A stretch of DNA of 64,000 nucleotides, from positions 62,001 through 126,000 of the forward strand of contig LVLI01000202.1 in assembly GCA_001687465.1 (NCBI GenBank). The letters run 5' to 3'. Source of the DNA: Halocafeteria seosinensis (taxonomy: Eukaryota). Of this stretch, positions 22,103 to 34,541 are shown in pieces (the stretch's first letter is position 1; each line of letters starts with the position of its first letter). The position numbers were made by a program, and so were the translations under genes. The notes beneath the pieces are model-generated. The model was not told where the DNA came from, did not search any database, and worked only from the letters and a program-made list of their open reading frames with translations.

Positions 22103-24737
22103 ATGCGCCCCACAAGGATTTCTAGACAATCTCAGCCATGTAGCCAGAGTCTATACGACTCTCATTTGGGAATAGGAGAGCTTATAAAGCGCAGAAACCG
22201 AGTTGAACCCGATGGCGAAGAGGAGGACAATGGAGCTCATTCGTCAGCATTTTCACCTGCACGTACAAGCCCGAAGCAGATGGCCCAGCAACATCCTGGG
22301 TCGTGTCAGAGACCAACTCGCGCTAGTGTTCACGAAAAAGATGCATCGGCTCAATACGTCTCACTTTGCGGTGGCAACAGCGCTGGCGGACTTCAACCAA
22401 TGTCTCAGTCTGTGCAACATCCCTCTGCCATGGAACGGGCAAGGCTCGATAATTTCGAGTAAGTTGTCTAAATTCTTCTGTGTGAAGAATAACACACAAT
22501 AAAGGCCTGGTCCCGTTATTTGCAGCCCGGCACCTTACGAAAGGGAGCTCTGGATGAGACGGGAAGTTCTGGATGACCCCAAGTCTATACGCCCGTGTGA
22601 TATGGAAGTTTCGACATGGCAATGTTGTTACTGTGTACTGCAACGCAATTTATTAGATGTAAGGAGTGGTAGCACTAGAGATGCGCCCTTGTTAGTGCGT
22701 CTCGATTTAGAGAACATAAGAGCGGTGTCGTATAGAGTGCAAGATGATGCGGAACAGAATGAGAAGCCTATGAGGACCGAAAAAGGTGACAATGACACTG
22801 CTGCCCCTGATTTTCCATCGCGGTTCATCATACAAGTTAACACAACTATACGATACGCTTTTGCGAGCAAGTCGGCGGACGAAGTGAAAGAGTGGACGTT
22901 TCGACTGCAAAAGGCAATGGCGACTATCATTGGACGCATTCTGCAGAATCGTGAGCGAAAGCAAGGCGGCTTCCAGACAGATTTACGAAGCCAGTCTCCC
23001 CAGTTTGATTCCTACCGATTCATAGACGATAGCAGCTCCTACTCTGGTATGGCAGGTATTGAGCCGCGCGGGGACGATATGTATCATACTGCCGAGAATG
23101 GGCAGCACGGTCAATTTCCATACGCGACTTCTCTCGCGATAAGAGACCCGAACGAGAATCGACTCATGAGTAGAGCTTCTCCAGGAGGTGAATCGGATGA
23201 TGACGATAACGACGAAGAGCAGTTTGCCATGTCTCCTGATACCAGTCGCTCTGACAATGACGGCGATCACTCTGCCAGACAACCCCAAGCCTGTGGGCAG
23301 GTCGGTATATTTAATTCAATTAGCAGTTTCGGCGAGAGAGCAGGCGCTTGTGCTGCTGCCGAGTACCATAGCAACGTGGTTCAAGAAGAAGATCGCACAG
23401 ATGAGCACTCTACCTGTACTGGAGAAATTTTGGGTGACGGGGTGACTTTTGAAATGCATGCGTGTAACAACCAAAGAAGCAATCGGCGAAGTGCTGCTGC
23501 TGCTGAAACTAACGCAGGGGATCAAAGGAGTGCGAGACCTAAGTGGGTCCCACCGTCGCTCAGAAAGAAGCGAGAGGAAGAATGGAAAGCTGGTCGAAGG
23601 GAGCATAGCGAAGCACCGCCGCTAGGAGATGATGCAGTCCCGAACGGTGAAGAAATGGCCCCTTCTGGTGACATTTGTCCCACAATTCTAGACCAAAGGG
23701 ATAGAATATGCAGAATGCTAGAATCTTCCGAAGATGTAGAAAGTGGCACTCACGCGGTGGTTTCTTGTTGTGGGGTGCGAGAGAAGATGGAAGATGCTCA
23801 TACAATTAGCGAGTACATATATCGGGATAATCACGGACCTTTTTCATTCTATGCCGTATATGATGGTCATGGAGGGAATTTTGTTGCACAGCATGCGGCT
23901 GAGCGCATATACAAGTATGTGAGTGATAGCCCTGCGTTCCCTCATCGACCGGAGCAAGCTTTGGAAGAAGCATTTCAAACAGTTGATCAGGAAATCAAGA
24001 ACCTTTGGGAACAAGCAACAACAGGAGACAAACGGAGATACGAATGTGGCTCCACTGCCACCTGTGCGATACTCGATTATGAGAAACAACGGCTAATAAT
24101 AAGCTCGTTAGGCGATTCACAAGCTGTCCTATGGTCTAATGGCACCGCTGTTGAACTGAGCGCAAAACATACCCCGTCTAACGAAAAGCATAGAATAGAG
24201 GAAGCTGGAGGCTGGGTATGGTCTGAAAGGCAGATTGTTTTGGAAAATGTTAGGCATCTGGATGTAGGGGACACTGATGTAAGGAGAATCGCCGAAGAAG
24301 CTTCCCGCCACGACAGAGTTTGGCCCGAATGCAGCCGAGTGAATGGTGAACTTGGAGTGAGTCGTGCCCTTGGTGACATCATTTACAAATATCCGTTAGT
24401 CAACGAAATGCCGTTTTGTTGGCCCAAAAATCATACGAAACGCGATCCACCATTTAGTGATGATCTTGTCCTGTCTCAACCGGATTGCCACACGCGCACG
24501 CTGAAGCAAGGTGATGAATTTTTAATCCTGGCATGTGACGGTCTCTTCGATGTCCTTTCTGCAGAACAAGCTCTCGATATCTGCGATAGACATCTGTCTA
24601 AGCAAGGTCCGCTGGCGGCCTGTCGTCGTTTGGTGGAAGTTGCGTTGAAACTTGGCTCAGAAGACAACATTACCTGTCTATTAGTTATTCTCCCTACTGC
24701 TATCAAACATGCCGGGTGCCGCCGAGACAATAATTAA
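22103..24737 (+). CDS. PH-domain + PP2C (PPM) protein phosphatase; intron 22459-22525
   Basis: PH-like 'RYAFASKSADEVKEWTFRLQKAM'; PP2C motifs 'REKMEDAH', 'YAVYDGHGG', 'GSTATC', 'LGDSQAV', 'RVNGELGVSRALGD', 'FLILACDGLFDV', 'GSEDNITC'. Confidence 0.88.
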
Positions 24738-24990
24738 TACATGGTCCACCCTTATCTGTATAGAGCGCAGTATTTATTTCATTGTCGCATCATCATTATG
24801 CATAGTTAAGTAAAGTGACCACCCGAAATTGTGGAAGAAACAATACAATGCATCACACTTGTATGCCCAAGGAGAGTCTTGAAGGAGTATGACTGGGATG
24901 TGGTGTCCTGAATTAGTTGAAACGCAAACAGTCACATATAGATATTTGTTTCAACCTTCGTACCTTACCAAGCAGGGCAACCTGCCACAA

Positions 24991-25062
24991 TGCGACTTAG
25001 ATCAGAGGAAGATCGTGAGGCTCATAACCTCAAGGTCCGCGGATCGAAACCGCGAGTCGCAA
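24991..25062 (+). tRNA. tRNA-Met(CAT), initiator-type
   Basis: TGCGACT-TA-GATC-AGAGGAA-GATC-G-TGAGG-CTCATAA-CCTCA-AGGTC-CGCGG-ATCGAAA-CCGCG-AGTCGCA-A folds into a perfect cloverleaf. T-loop AUCGAAA is the initiator signature. T-run terminator follows. Confidence 0.95.
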
Positions 25063-25065
25063 TTA

Positions 25066-25071
25066 TTTTTT
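25066..25071 (+). terminator. RNA Pol III terminator (T6) of the tRNA
   Basis: TTTTTT starting 4 nt after the tRNA 3' end. Confidence 0.7.
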
Positions 25072-25537
25072 GTGTTTCATGTATTTGCTTTCCTGAATGC
25101 GTGCATTTTCACGCCGACACGCGGAGCGCGAGTTGGCGACTCGGAGCCTCTTGTGTGAAGTTCACTCTGTGAAGTGCGACGAGAATCCATCCGACTCCGC
25201 TGTTCGGCGTTCATGCATGTCAAAGTAGATAGCCCCCATCATGTAACATCATGATCCATGTTAACACGCTTCTAGGGTGACCGCAGACTTTGCAAAATTC
25301 GAACGATGGACCACGAGCTCGGGGGTCCACAGCAGCTTGAAGGCGGGAATTGTCACGACTTGGAATCCTGCTTCGGCAGTGGATGTAGCTTCCCCACACT
25401 ATGTATTATTATTGTCAGGTAGCTCATGCGTCAAATACAATTACCATCCTTACCAGGGATTAGCAAGTATTTCAGGCATACAGTAACCTGGTAAGGATTT
25501 AGTAGCCGAAAGTTCTGGCATGCCGGGAAAAAAAGCA

Positions 25538-25718
25538 ATCTAACTATTCGCGATGAAACCAGTTAAGTCCGATGCTCTGGGAGGTTTCTTGCAAACGATA
25601 TACAACAATAGCAATTAAAGCAGGTCTAACAGGTATCTAACTATGCGTGATGAAACCATTAAGTCCGATCCTCTAGGAGGTTTCTTGCAAACGATATACA
25701 ACAATAACAAAGCAGGTC
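25538..25718. repeat. Imperfect direct duplication (89 and 84 bp copies, 97-bp period)
   Basis: ATCTAACTAT..GATGAAACCA..TTAAGTCCGAT..GAGGTTTCTTGCAAACGATATACAACAATA..AAAGCAGGTC occurs at 25538-25626 and 25635-25718. Confidence 0.9.
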
Positions 25719-25726
25719 ACGTAGGC

Positions 25727-28025
25727 TCAAGAAAACTTTCGTTGAAGCCTCACTGAGTTCATTCCAGATTCTGAGCTACCAGCGCTGCTACATATTTGCT
25801 CGCCGATTGCTCTCTCTGTTTCTCGTGCGTGCTTTCGCTCTCGTTCTTTGCTTTGATCACTTAGATACTTCATCGGCAACCCTGAGAGAGTCAGGCTAAT
25901 TGCCGGTATCAAACAAGTAATAACAGTTATAGCCCAAATCGCTTGCGGGGTCTGTAAGACCGTCCCTTCCCGGTATCCGCTGAAAGAAAGAAGGTATCCC
26001 ACTAGCACGCCCTGGATCACTCCAGCTACTCGCCGCACCATCTGTTTCACTAACGTTACAGAACGTGCTAGAACCCTTCCTCGAGCTGCCGAGTTCCCAC
26101 CGTGCCTATCCGCAGCTCTGAGCTCGTCTACAGCTCTTCCCAGCAACATTTCTGGTAGAATTAGAAAAGCGGACATATTAATTCCAATACAGCAGACGCG
26201 AATGGCTGCTGACATGATAGAATCTGCTGACATCAACCAAATCAATGCTGTAGCGTACAAGCTTGAAGATATGCGCCAAGTCATTGTAGGGGATAGGATT
26301 TTTGATCGAACGCAATAGGCCCAGACAAAACCGGAGCAGGTTGCAGCAAAGTATAGCACTCCATACAATGCAGGTATTTGGTCGCGAGCACCCAGCATAA
26401 CTTCATACCTTCCTAAAATGTATACTCTCTTGGGCAAAATCCCTGTCTCTGCCGCATATTTGCAGAATAAAGGAAAGCCTGCCATGATCATTGTATGAGC
26501 AATACAAGCTAAGAACTCTGTCACCAGAAACGTTCTAGCATGCAAACTCTGGAACACGGTCGTTACACGTCGCACTACTACCCGAAGACTAAAATCGCTG
26601 TGCAGTGCCAGTTGGGGGTGAACCACGGGACTGCGTGGATCCTTTTCTGCACTCCCTTCCTCTTCTGCACCATCTGAGTCACTGTCCAGTTTAAAGATAA
26701 CAAAGTTGATACAAACCCCTCCGGTAAAGACGAACGTAAACGCCGCCGCTGCAGCCACAATAGACGCTTCTTCAAAATTTGTCCATTGATGTCCCATTAC
26801 GCGTGGAAATAAAACCATTCCTCCTATTAGACCTGCAGAAGAAAAAGGACATGAGTACTAACTAATAATGTCTGTCGAATATAGTGAAACTCGAACTTCA
26901 TCCAACGTACCACCTGTGCTAAACAGTTGCTTCAGAGAAGCTGCTTTAGCACGAAGACTTTCCGGAAACAGCAGACTGAAAGAAGAGCTGTAATTAAGGA
27001 ACCAGAACGCGTGAAGCCCCGTATGCATACAGACGAGGAAAAGGAGCATTGTGCTATCCCAGTACGTTGGCAGCAACGACAAAGTAAGCCGTGGTTGCCA
27101 CAATAGTATGTAGCTTAACGCCCACAAGAGCAGTCCCACCCAACGTTGCAGCATATTGGGCTTCCATCTTGTCAGACCAGTGAAGACTTCAAATAACACA
27201 CAAACGATATTGGAGAGGGCCCACAGTTTTCCCACTGTCTCAGAGGGTATAGCTAAGCCATCACGCATAAATGGCTGCGCATGGGCGCCTGCATCCGATC
27301 GAAAACGGTAAGAAGCCAAAAGAAGTGCTTCCAAGATAGTGTGTTTTCTTACCAACCGTCATTTGTACCATCGTAAATGGCATGTAGCCAATTAGATATA
27401 ACCATTGGCCCCACGTAAAAGAATCAGTTTTACTATCCCCACCTGGCACTCTCGGTATGTTAGGATGAACCTCCATGTGTGTCACAGGTTTATGCGAAGT
27501 CGTCGATGTACATGCATCCGACTCAGAGACGCGTCCATTTTCTTGTGCAGTTAAGGCTTCCGTCGTTCGTGCAGCCTCATCACTTTCTGCAAAGTGCAGA
27601 CCGGCTGTCCCGCTCTCGGGGGCACTGGAGTCCCCGTTCGCTTTTAGTTTCCCATTGTAAGGTCCTTCCCCACTATTCATGCCAGTGGTTAGACGATTTT
27701 TTAGTGCCCCTTGCGTCGTGCTCTCCTCCAAAAGAGGTGAATCTGAGCTCTGAGAAGACGTATGTGGGGCCTGAAAAGAGGTCCAATAACCCACTTCCTG
27801 CGAGTGCTTCACCCCGTGTTGTTCAAGTGATTTCCCTCGATGATATCCACTGTTGTCTTCCACGTCGTCATGGATCTCTTTCCTCTCCCGATTCTGTCTT
27901 GGTCGAGGACTGCCCCTGCCCGTGGAATCGTGGTAAGACAGCCAATAATAACTATCGGTGTCGGAGGACCGATGCGGCTCTTTTTGGCGACGATTCTCAC
28001 GGTAATCGGACAGAGCCAGTCTCAT
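25727..28025 (-). CDS. MFS transporter (GPH/MFS_2-like) with long disordered N-terminus, 3 exons
   Basis: Many hydrophobic helices; 'YSSSFSLLFPESLRAKAASLKQLF', 'LPEMLLGRAVDE', 'YLLSFSGY..QTPQAIWAI'. Introns near 27289-27352 and 26830-26910. Confidence 0.72.
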
Positions 28026-28226
28026 TCAGGCAGTACCGCAGGCAAGGGAAAGACAATGAAACAACCTATGTACCTAGCTACCTATGTACCTACCTACTGT
28101 TGGATGAAACAATACGTTAGTGTGGAATATTCAATCGTTTACTGTACAGCTTGGAACACAAAACGACTTCACAGCGCTTCACCCACCACCTACTCTACAG
28201 AATGCGAGGATACTTTATACACACAA

Positions 28227-28245
28227 ACACACACACACACACACA
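28227..28245. repeat. (AC)n microsatellite
   Basis: acacacacacacacacaca. Confidence 0.85.
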
Positions 28246-28262
28246 TAAGGGCATTGCTCACG

Positions 28263-29793
28263 CTAGTGCGAAGATGGTATATCCAACTCTTGGTACTGTC
28301 GACGCAAAGCGTCGACTTTCTGCCGGTGGAAAGAAGCGGTTCGTAATAAACTGGAGAGCCCCGCAGCTGTTGACATAACATCCTCAATGGATTCCTTGGT
28401 GGCCCTGGGATCGCGCATCGTTTCCAGAGCACGTTGGATTCTTAACGCAAGATCGTCACCTTCTGTACTAGCGCCCTTTACGCCGGATGGTGATCCCAAA
28501 TGAGAATCTGTACGGAGAACGAGCGGGAGTATTGACGGTGCATATTCGATTCTTGCGGACTGGCGGGTACTTACGCATATGGACACCTCTTAACAGGTTG
28601 GGAACAGTTTTGGCCCGAGATGACGCCATATAGTTCGAATATTTCGATTTTGACGGAGAAAATCCAGGAGATATTGCCTTCTTTGGGCTCTCCTCCGTCT
28701 TTTCGACGCCCGCCAACGCACCTAAAGCAGTTTCACGAACACTAATTTGCTGTGGAGAACCGCTCCTATCGATAGGAGACCACAATTTGTTTTCACTCTT
28801 AGAGCGCGGTATATCCTGTCGACTTGCCGCAGATCCCCGCCCATTATCTGGGAAGATTGCCGGATCATGCTCCAGATCTTCTACTTCTTCTATCTCAACT
28901 GCCTCAACAGATTCTTCCTCATGCTTGTCCGGTTTGGGGTGTATATACTCGCCTTGATGCTCACTAGAATTATTACTGTCGACGGCACTGGTAAACTCTT
29001 CCAAAGATCTGAACGATGACTTGAAATTACGGTCATGTAAACCAAATGTAGTAACGTTCCCTCTGTCGTACAGATCAAGCCTCGTCGATGGAGAATGGGG
29101 ACTTCCCTTGCTTTTCTTATGGCTGCTTGCTTGAGCCCCTTGGTGTTTCCGTGAGCGTGGGGTAGCACTAATAGGTGAAAACATTTGAGAACCTTCTCCT
29201 GAAAGCACCTGTAGCCCCGGAGAAAGTTGCGTTTTATTTCCACAACGATGGCCGCTACCGGGGTGTTTATCCGAAGCCGAAGCCTTATTTGGACTATTAC
29301 TTGCGCCCGCAACACGCTTCGACGGAGTATTCAACCAGCAATCTCCTTTCCTCATGAAACTTTGCCCAAATGGGTCTCTCCCCGTGTCCTTCGATAATAG
29401 TTTGCGAGAGCCGTGTTCTGCGTCATAGGAAGAAACCACAGGAACAAGTGTTGGTGAGTTCGGGCAGGGACAGCAAGGTGGCTGCCACCAGGGAGGTCCT
29501 CAAGGTCCTCTTCCTTTACTATAAAAAAAAATCACCAATCAACTTTTAACATTAAATCCGTATCACTTACTTCTTGCCGAGGCCGGTCTTGGGGGAGAAC
29601 TGACGTTATATAAAGGCTTCTCAGCGGCGGCTTCCCGCAGGAGGTCGGACAGTGTTCGGCCCCGTTCCAGGGAATGACTTAGGCTGCTGCTGCTTCGTTT
29701 CAGTCCCTCACGCCCACTGAGAGAGCCTGATGATGAGTATGAGCGGAGATCACTCCTCCAGAAGGAGTCTAGCTCGCTCTCCACCCGCTTCAT
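28263..29793 (-). CDS. Hypothetical low-complexity Ser-rich protein with helical C-terminus, ~4 exons
   Basis: ORFs 29563-29841, 28468-29439 and 28263-28586 can be joined in frame by GT-AG introns (29519-29570, ~29420-29490 with a weak donor, ~28510-28575). Confidence 0.55.
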
Positions 29794-30470
29794 TGACCCG
29801 AAGAACCGCAGTGAATAATGTTCAAGTTCCCCCAGCAACACACGAATTAACCGAATTTACGACGTCCCTGCACACGTACGACACAATGCACATTTCCTAG
29901 ACACGATACCTCATTCGGTCGGCCCTAGTGTTCGGACCGGGAATGAATAACAAACTTTAGAGGGACAAAAATTGTATCATCGGGTAGGAACTCGCACTCA
30001 CCACCACCATGTCGAACACACCCTGCCAAACTGTCGGAGGAATCGGCCCGCCAGTCCCTTGCAGGGGCGGAATTGGACGACGATACAAGACGACTTTTAA
30101 AAGCAACAGGAACTCTTCAAAATGACCATGAATTCAACAAAGAGTACCTTGAATAGGGTACTGGCTTGAACTGCACGTGTATTGGTTTTGAAATAGACAC
30201 AGAAGAGCGATTAGGGCTTCTGAATTTTGCCGACGGCGCCGCACACGATGGTGAGTCGCCGAAGCCAACACAAGACACTGCCAGTTCTGTAAGGTAAACT
30301 GGTATCCGCACGAAAAAGCTTGACGTCGAAGCAAAACAATGTTGTACAACTGTGTCAACCGATTCGATGCTTTGACGATTCTTCCCACGTTGCGCAACAC
30401 GTGACGTAACCAAAACTGATTAGTCCTGCTGAGACCGGCAACTTGGAACCAATGACGAAACGTCATTACC

Positions 30471-33446
30471 CTACGACGACGCTAGTTGTTGTCGACGCCG
30501 TCGTCCATGCAGCGGTTGACCGCTACTCATAGCCTCTCGCATCGAACTTTGCATACGTTTTCTTGCTTGGTAGTAGGCTACGGAATCCGGAGCATCTGCT
30601 GCTACGCGCTCCATTTCCATCTTTTCAAACGCTTCGCCTTCATCTAGTGCATCCTCTCCCTGCTTGCCTTCTCCTCCTGGGCTCCCTACGGAGCTAAACT
30701 TCCCAATGGTGGCCAGGTTCGCAGCCGTGGAACTGACGTCTTCTCCTGTCTGTCGGTGTTCTGGAGAGCGCCTACCCCTCGAGGGGCTTCCTGTAGGGGA
30801 TACTGTCGCCGATCCTGCGGAGGCTAGGACACTCGCTTTAGCACGGTACGGCGACGTTCGTCCCTCAGGGGCCGAACTTCCCATGGCAAACATCATACTG
30901 GTATCCAAGGGGCTACTCTCTGAGAATCCCCCATCGGTTGCTCCCAGAGGAACGTTGACTGCTCCTCCGGTGGCGCTGAATCCCGTGTGATATTCATACC
31001 AGGAATCAAACTGCTGAAGCAATTGCCCATGCTTACTCGTTATCGACTCATCCAGTTCATTGACTTTATCTTTCGATTCCTTCAGGGATCGTTGGCACCG
31101 TTTGTATTCTTCCTTCGCCTTCGATAGCTCTGCAGCCTTCTCGTACTCAGCATCGTCAGCCATCTGCTCCTTACTCTCCGCCCGCTGTTTGGACTCTTCA
31201 TCAGCAACCTCTTTGAGCTCATTCTGTAGGTTCTTTATCTTCTTCGCTTGCTCATTCACTTGCTTAGCAGCTTCTTTCGCTGTACTTTTAGCAGTGCGGT
31301 ATTCGGACCTCAATGAGATCAAGGCTTGGGCCAGATCATGCCCGGGCCCCTCTGCACTACGATACCACTTGAAAGCGTCATTTGGATCATCCATATTCAC
31401 ATGTGAGGGCGCTTCTTTAGTCGGTGCATTTGCCTTTCTCTCCGGTGACCCCTCCCGAGACTTCGTTCTACTGTTTATTTGAGCTGCCGCGCTGCTACTA
31501 TGCTTCAGAGGCCCTGCCAACTCCCGCATCGGTCTCGAATTCGCGTCGGCTAAACCAACGCTTACGCCCGCCGTCTCGTCCAATTTACCACCTTCACCAT
31601 CCTGAAATCCTTCATGAGCCCCTTCGGACATGCGTTGCTCCGCGGGCTCCCCTTGCTCACCCGTCTCTGGTGCCCCACGCTCTTCTGTAGCCGACTGTTG
31701 AGTTCTGGCTTTGTCCTGTATCGCCGTTTGCATTTCCTTGTACACAATCTTCATTTGCTTAAGTAATTCGCGCATCTGTCTCACGCTCTCAAGCTGAATG
31801 GCGCTCTCTTCGGCTTCCGGGTCCGCAGCCTCCAAGTAGCTCTCCAATTTGCGCCGTAATTCTTGCTGTTCCTCTGGAGAGTATTCCTGTCATGCCAAAA
31901 CAGAGAGGCAAAGGGTTAGAGTATACACCTGTGATTACAACCGTGTGTAGCACACATACATCATATTTTATGGTCGATCGTTCACTTAAAGCGTTATGCA
32001 TAGCTAATTCTTGCTTCAATTCTTCGATTTGTTTCTCATATTTCCTTGCGAGCAGTTCCGGGTTCAGGGAGTATGCCTGTTGCGTGTGGACACGCACTCG
32101 TCGCATTCTGGGTATATGAAAAAGTGAAGGAGTTTTCGGACCAGATTCAAAATAGAATGATTAGCTTACCTGGCAGCAAGTCGCAGGGTAGATATGGTTT
32201 CTTCTAGATGCGAACTCTCGCCCCAGATACATCCTATGAACGCAGTGTTACAATAGCCACTGAGAGCATCCTTCAGTACGTTCGTCAATCGAGTCTGCAA
32301 ATGCAAACAACTGTAGTTTTATATCCATGTTCCCCTCCTTCCATGTCATCACACCCACCTGACGATAGGGGACGTATTCTTGAACCTTCCTGGTCAAGGC
32401 CAGCACGCACTGTTCCAAATAGGATAAGCTCTTATTGATAAACATCGACTCTTTTGTTATAACTGTATCTGTTGGGCGCTTTTCATTCTGTCCACAGCAA
32501 ACGCAAACGCAATCAAAACAACGTAACCTAGCGAGAACCGTGCAAAAAGAAATGGCTTACATCCGGAATGTTCATGGTCTTCTTGATACGCTCAGAGCCA
32601 GCTAGATCCACCAAATGGAGCTTACTGTGAATAGTTTTTTCGCCAAGTCCAACGCGCGAGCGCTGGTCCATGTATATGGTGAAAATACAGTGACTTCGGT
32701 TGCTGTTTCTGTTCAACTTATGCTGAGCTGTTGTCCGATGAATTTCTCCAGTAAACAACGCATTCAGTGCTTCCTGTTCAGATTTAACCCTGCGCGAAGA
32801 GTTTGCAAAGCGTATGTTGACAAAATCTGGGCGAGCATCTCAAAGTTCGCGGTACGTACGTATGCCTGGACAGTCCCTTGACAATAACGCCATAAGTGGA
32901 ATCTTCCCCCAACACATAATCCGGTTCGGGAACGTCTTCGGCTTTCAATAGATCGTGAATTTGTTCATTGTAGATCTCCATGTAGGATACTTGCACGTTG
33001 TACTCCATATCAGGCCTGCTATCGATGGCGTCAAATATCTGAGACAACGCCCGCGGTGCAATGCCTCGGTTCGTGTAGTTGTTCGTGTCTCCGATCATCG
33101 TGTAGGTTTTACCGGACCCAGTTTGTCCGTAGGCCATGATAGCACCACTAACCCCTTGGGTTGTCTTGTCGACGATTTCCTCTGCCACGGCTTTATACAC
33201 TGTTTCCTGGCGCGAGTTATGGAGCACTGAATCGAAATCAAAGAACATTTGGCTGGGGGCTTGGGCCGCACCTCCAGGTGTGGCCCTCTCTCCTGTGGAT
33301 CTGGAAAATACATGGTCTGCGGGAGGCTGTACGGTCAATTTCCCCAGCTGAGGATCAACAACGAGTTCATCATGCGCGAAGGAGGTTGTGGGTCGCGTCC
33401 GAACTGCGACCAACACACCGGTATCACTTTCCTGTTCTCCTGACAT
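30471..33446 (-). CDS. KIF9: Kinesin-9 family (KIF9/KIF6-like) motor, multi-exon
   Basis: 'AYGQTGSGKTYTMIG', 'LNRNSNRSHCIFTI', 'LVDLAGSER', 'FINKSLSYLEQ', and the kinesin-9 neck 'KYEKQIEELKQELAMHNAL'. Confidence 0.85.
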
Positions 33447-33740
33447 ATCGCTTCCTCTCCACGCTTTCTGCCACAAGCACCTTCTTCTACCAATATACCA
33501 ACATAGCAAACCCTGTATAATGCGCTATCATGCACAAGGCACTGCAGAGAGGGGAAAATGGAAAAAGCGCGCGCCGTTCAACGACTAGCTTGCGCCGGGA
33601 TCCGGGCGTTCGGCCCGGATTGCAAGAGAAGCGGCCGTTAACCTTGCTTTTTACTACATGTATCACTGTGTTTGGGTGCTTGATCTAGGATGAACTGGAC
33701 CTATAGTAGGAGGTGAAGTGAACTCGAAAGTACTGAGAAA

Positions 33741-34541
33741 ATGACTAAGAACCAGAATCAAAAATACGGACATTCGTCCTCCGGCTCCGGGAACCAGGAG
33801 TCGTCCCAGCACCAGCGTCATGTAGGAGGGATTACAGCATGGCATAATGAAGTGTTGGAGGAATATCGCAATAGCGACGCTCCCAAGATGCTGCACGAAA
33901 TATCGACCCTCTCCAGACAGGTACAGAATGGATATGTCCGTAAGGAAGAGCATACGAAGGAGTTGATCCAAGGTACGTGAATTCAAATTTCACCATTCTT
34001 GAAGGTATACCTAATCGGAGCAAGCAAATATCTGGACGCAGAACTGCAACAACAAGTCCATTCACAACAGGAAGAAGCTGAACACATGGCTGGAATAAAG
34101 GAGCACAGAGAACGATTGCAAAAATTGGAGCAAGATAAGGACGAAGTCCGACAACAGCTGAAGCAATACAAAGAGGAGAAAGAGAACGCCCAGGAGCGCA
34201 CGCAGGAAATAAATCAGCAAATAGATGCCATCTCAGAAGCAACAGAGAAGCTGAAAGCAGACACAGAGGCGAGAATTCCACGTGTAAAGTATGTAGCCTT
34301 ATTCTACAGACGCGTGTGTATCAACAACTTGTATTGGGTTTCAATCTCTTGCAGACATACTTTGAGTTTATATGCAAATATTTCGAACATTCGGTGGGAC
34401 TACGATAACGATGATAAAATTTCTGGATACATAGCTCCTCCGTCTTCGGCTGTAACACCGTTCGAGTTTGACGCTGATACCGACTCGTTTGAATTAGCCG
34501 ACCGACTTTGGGAACTCATTGACGAAGCTTGTGACGATTGA
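33741..34541 (+). CDS. SPC24: Kinetochore Ndc80-complex subunit SPC24-like, 3 exons
   Basis: Coiled coil followed by the C-terminal RWD-like 'LSLYANISNIRWDY..ISGYI..PFEFD..FELADRLWELI'. Confidence 0.7.

Noticed and set aside
25108..25160. tRNA-like or SRP Alu-like fold downstream of the tRNA
   Set aside because: Too short, lacks A/B boxes and T-loop, and only competing short stems are present.
27479..28346. Long antisense ORFs overlapping the MFS gene (and similar ones elsewhere)
   Set aside because: Shadow ORFs of real coding sequence with no protein features.
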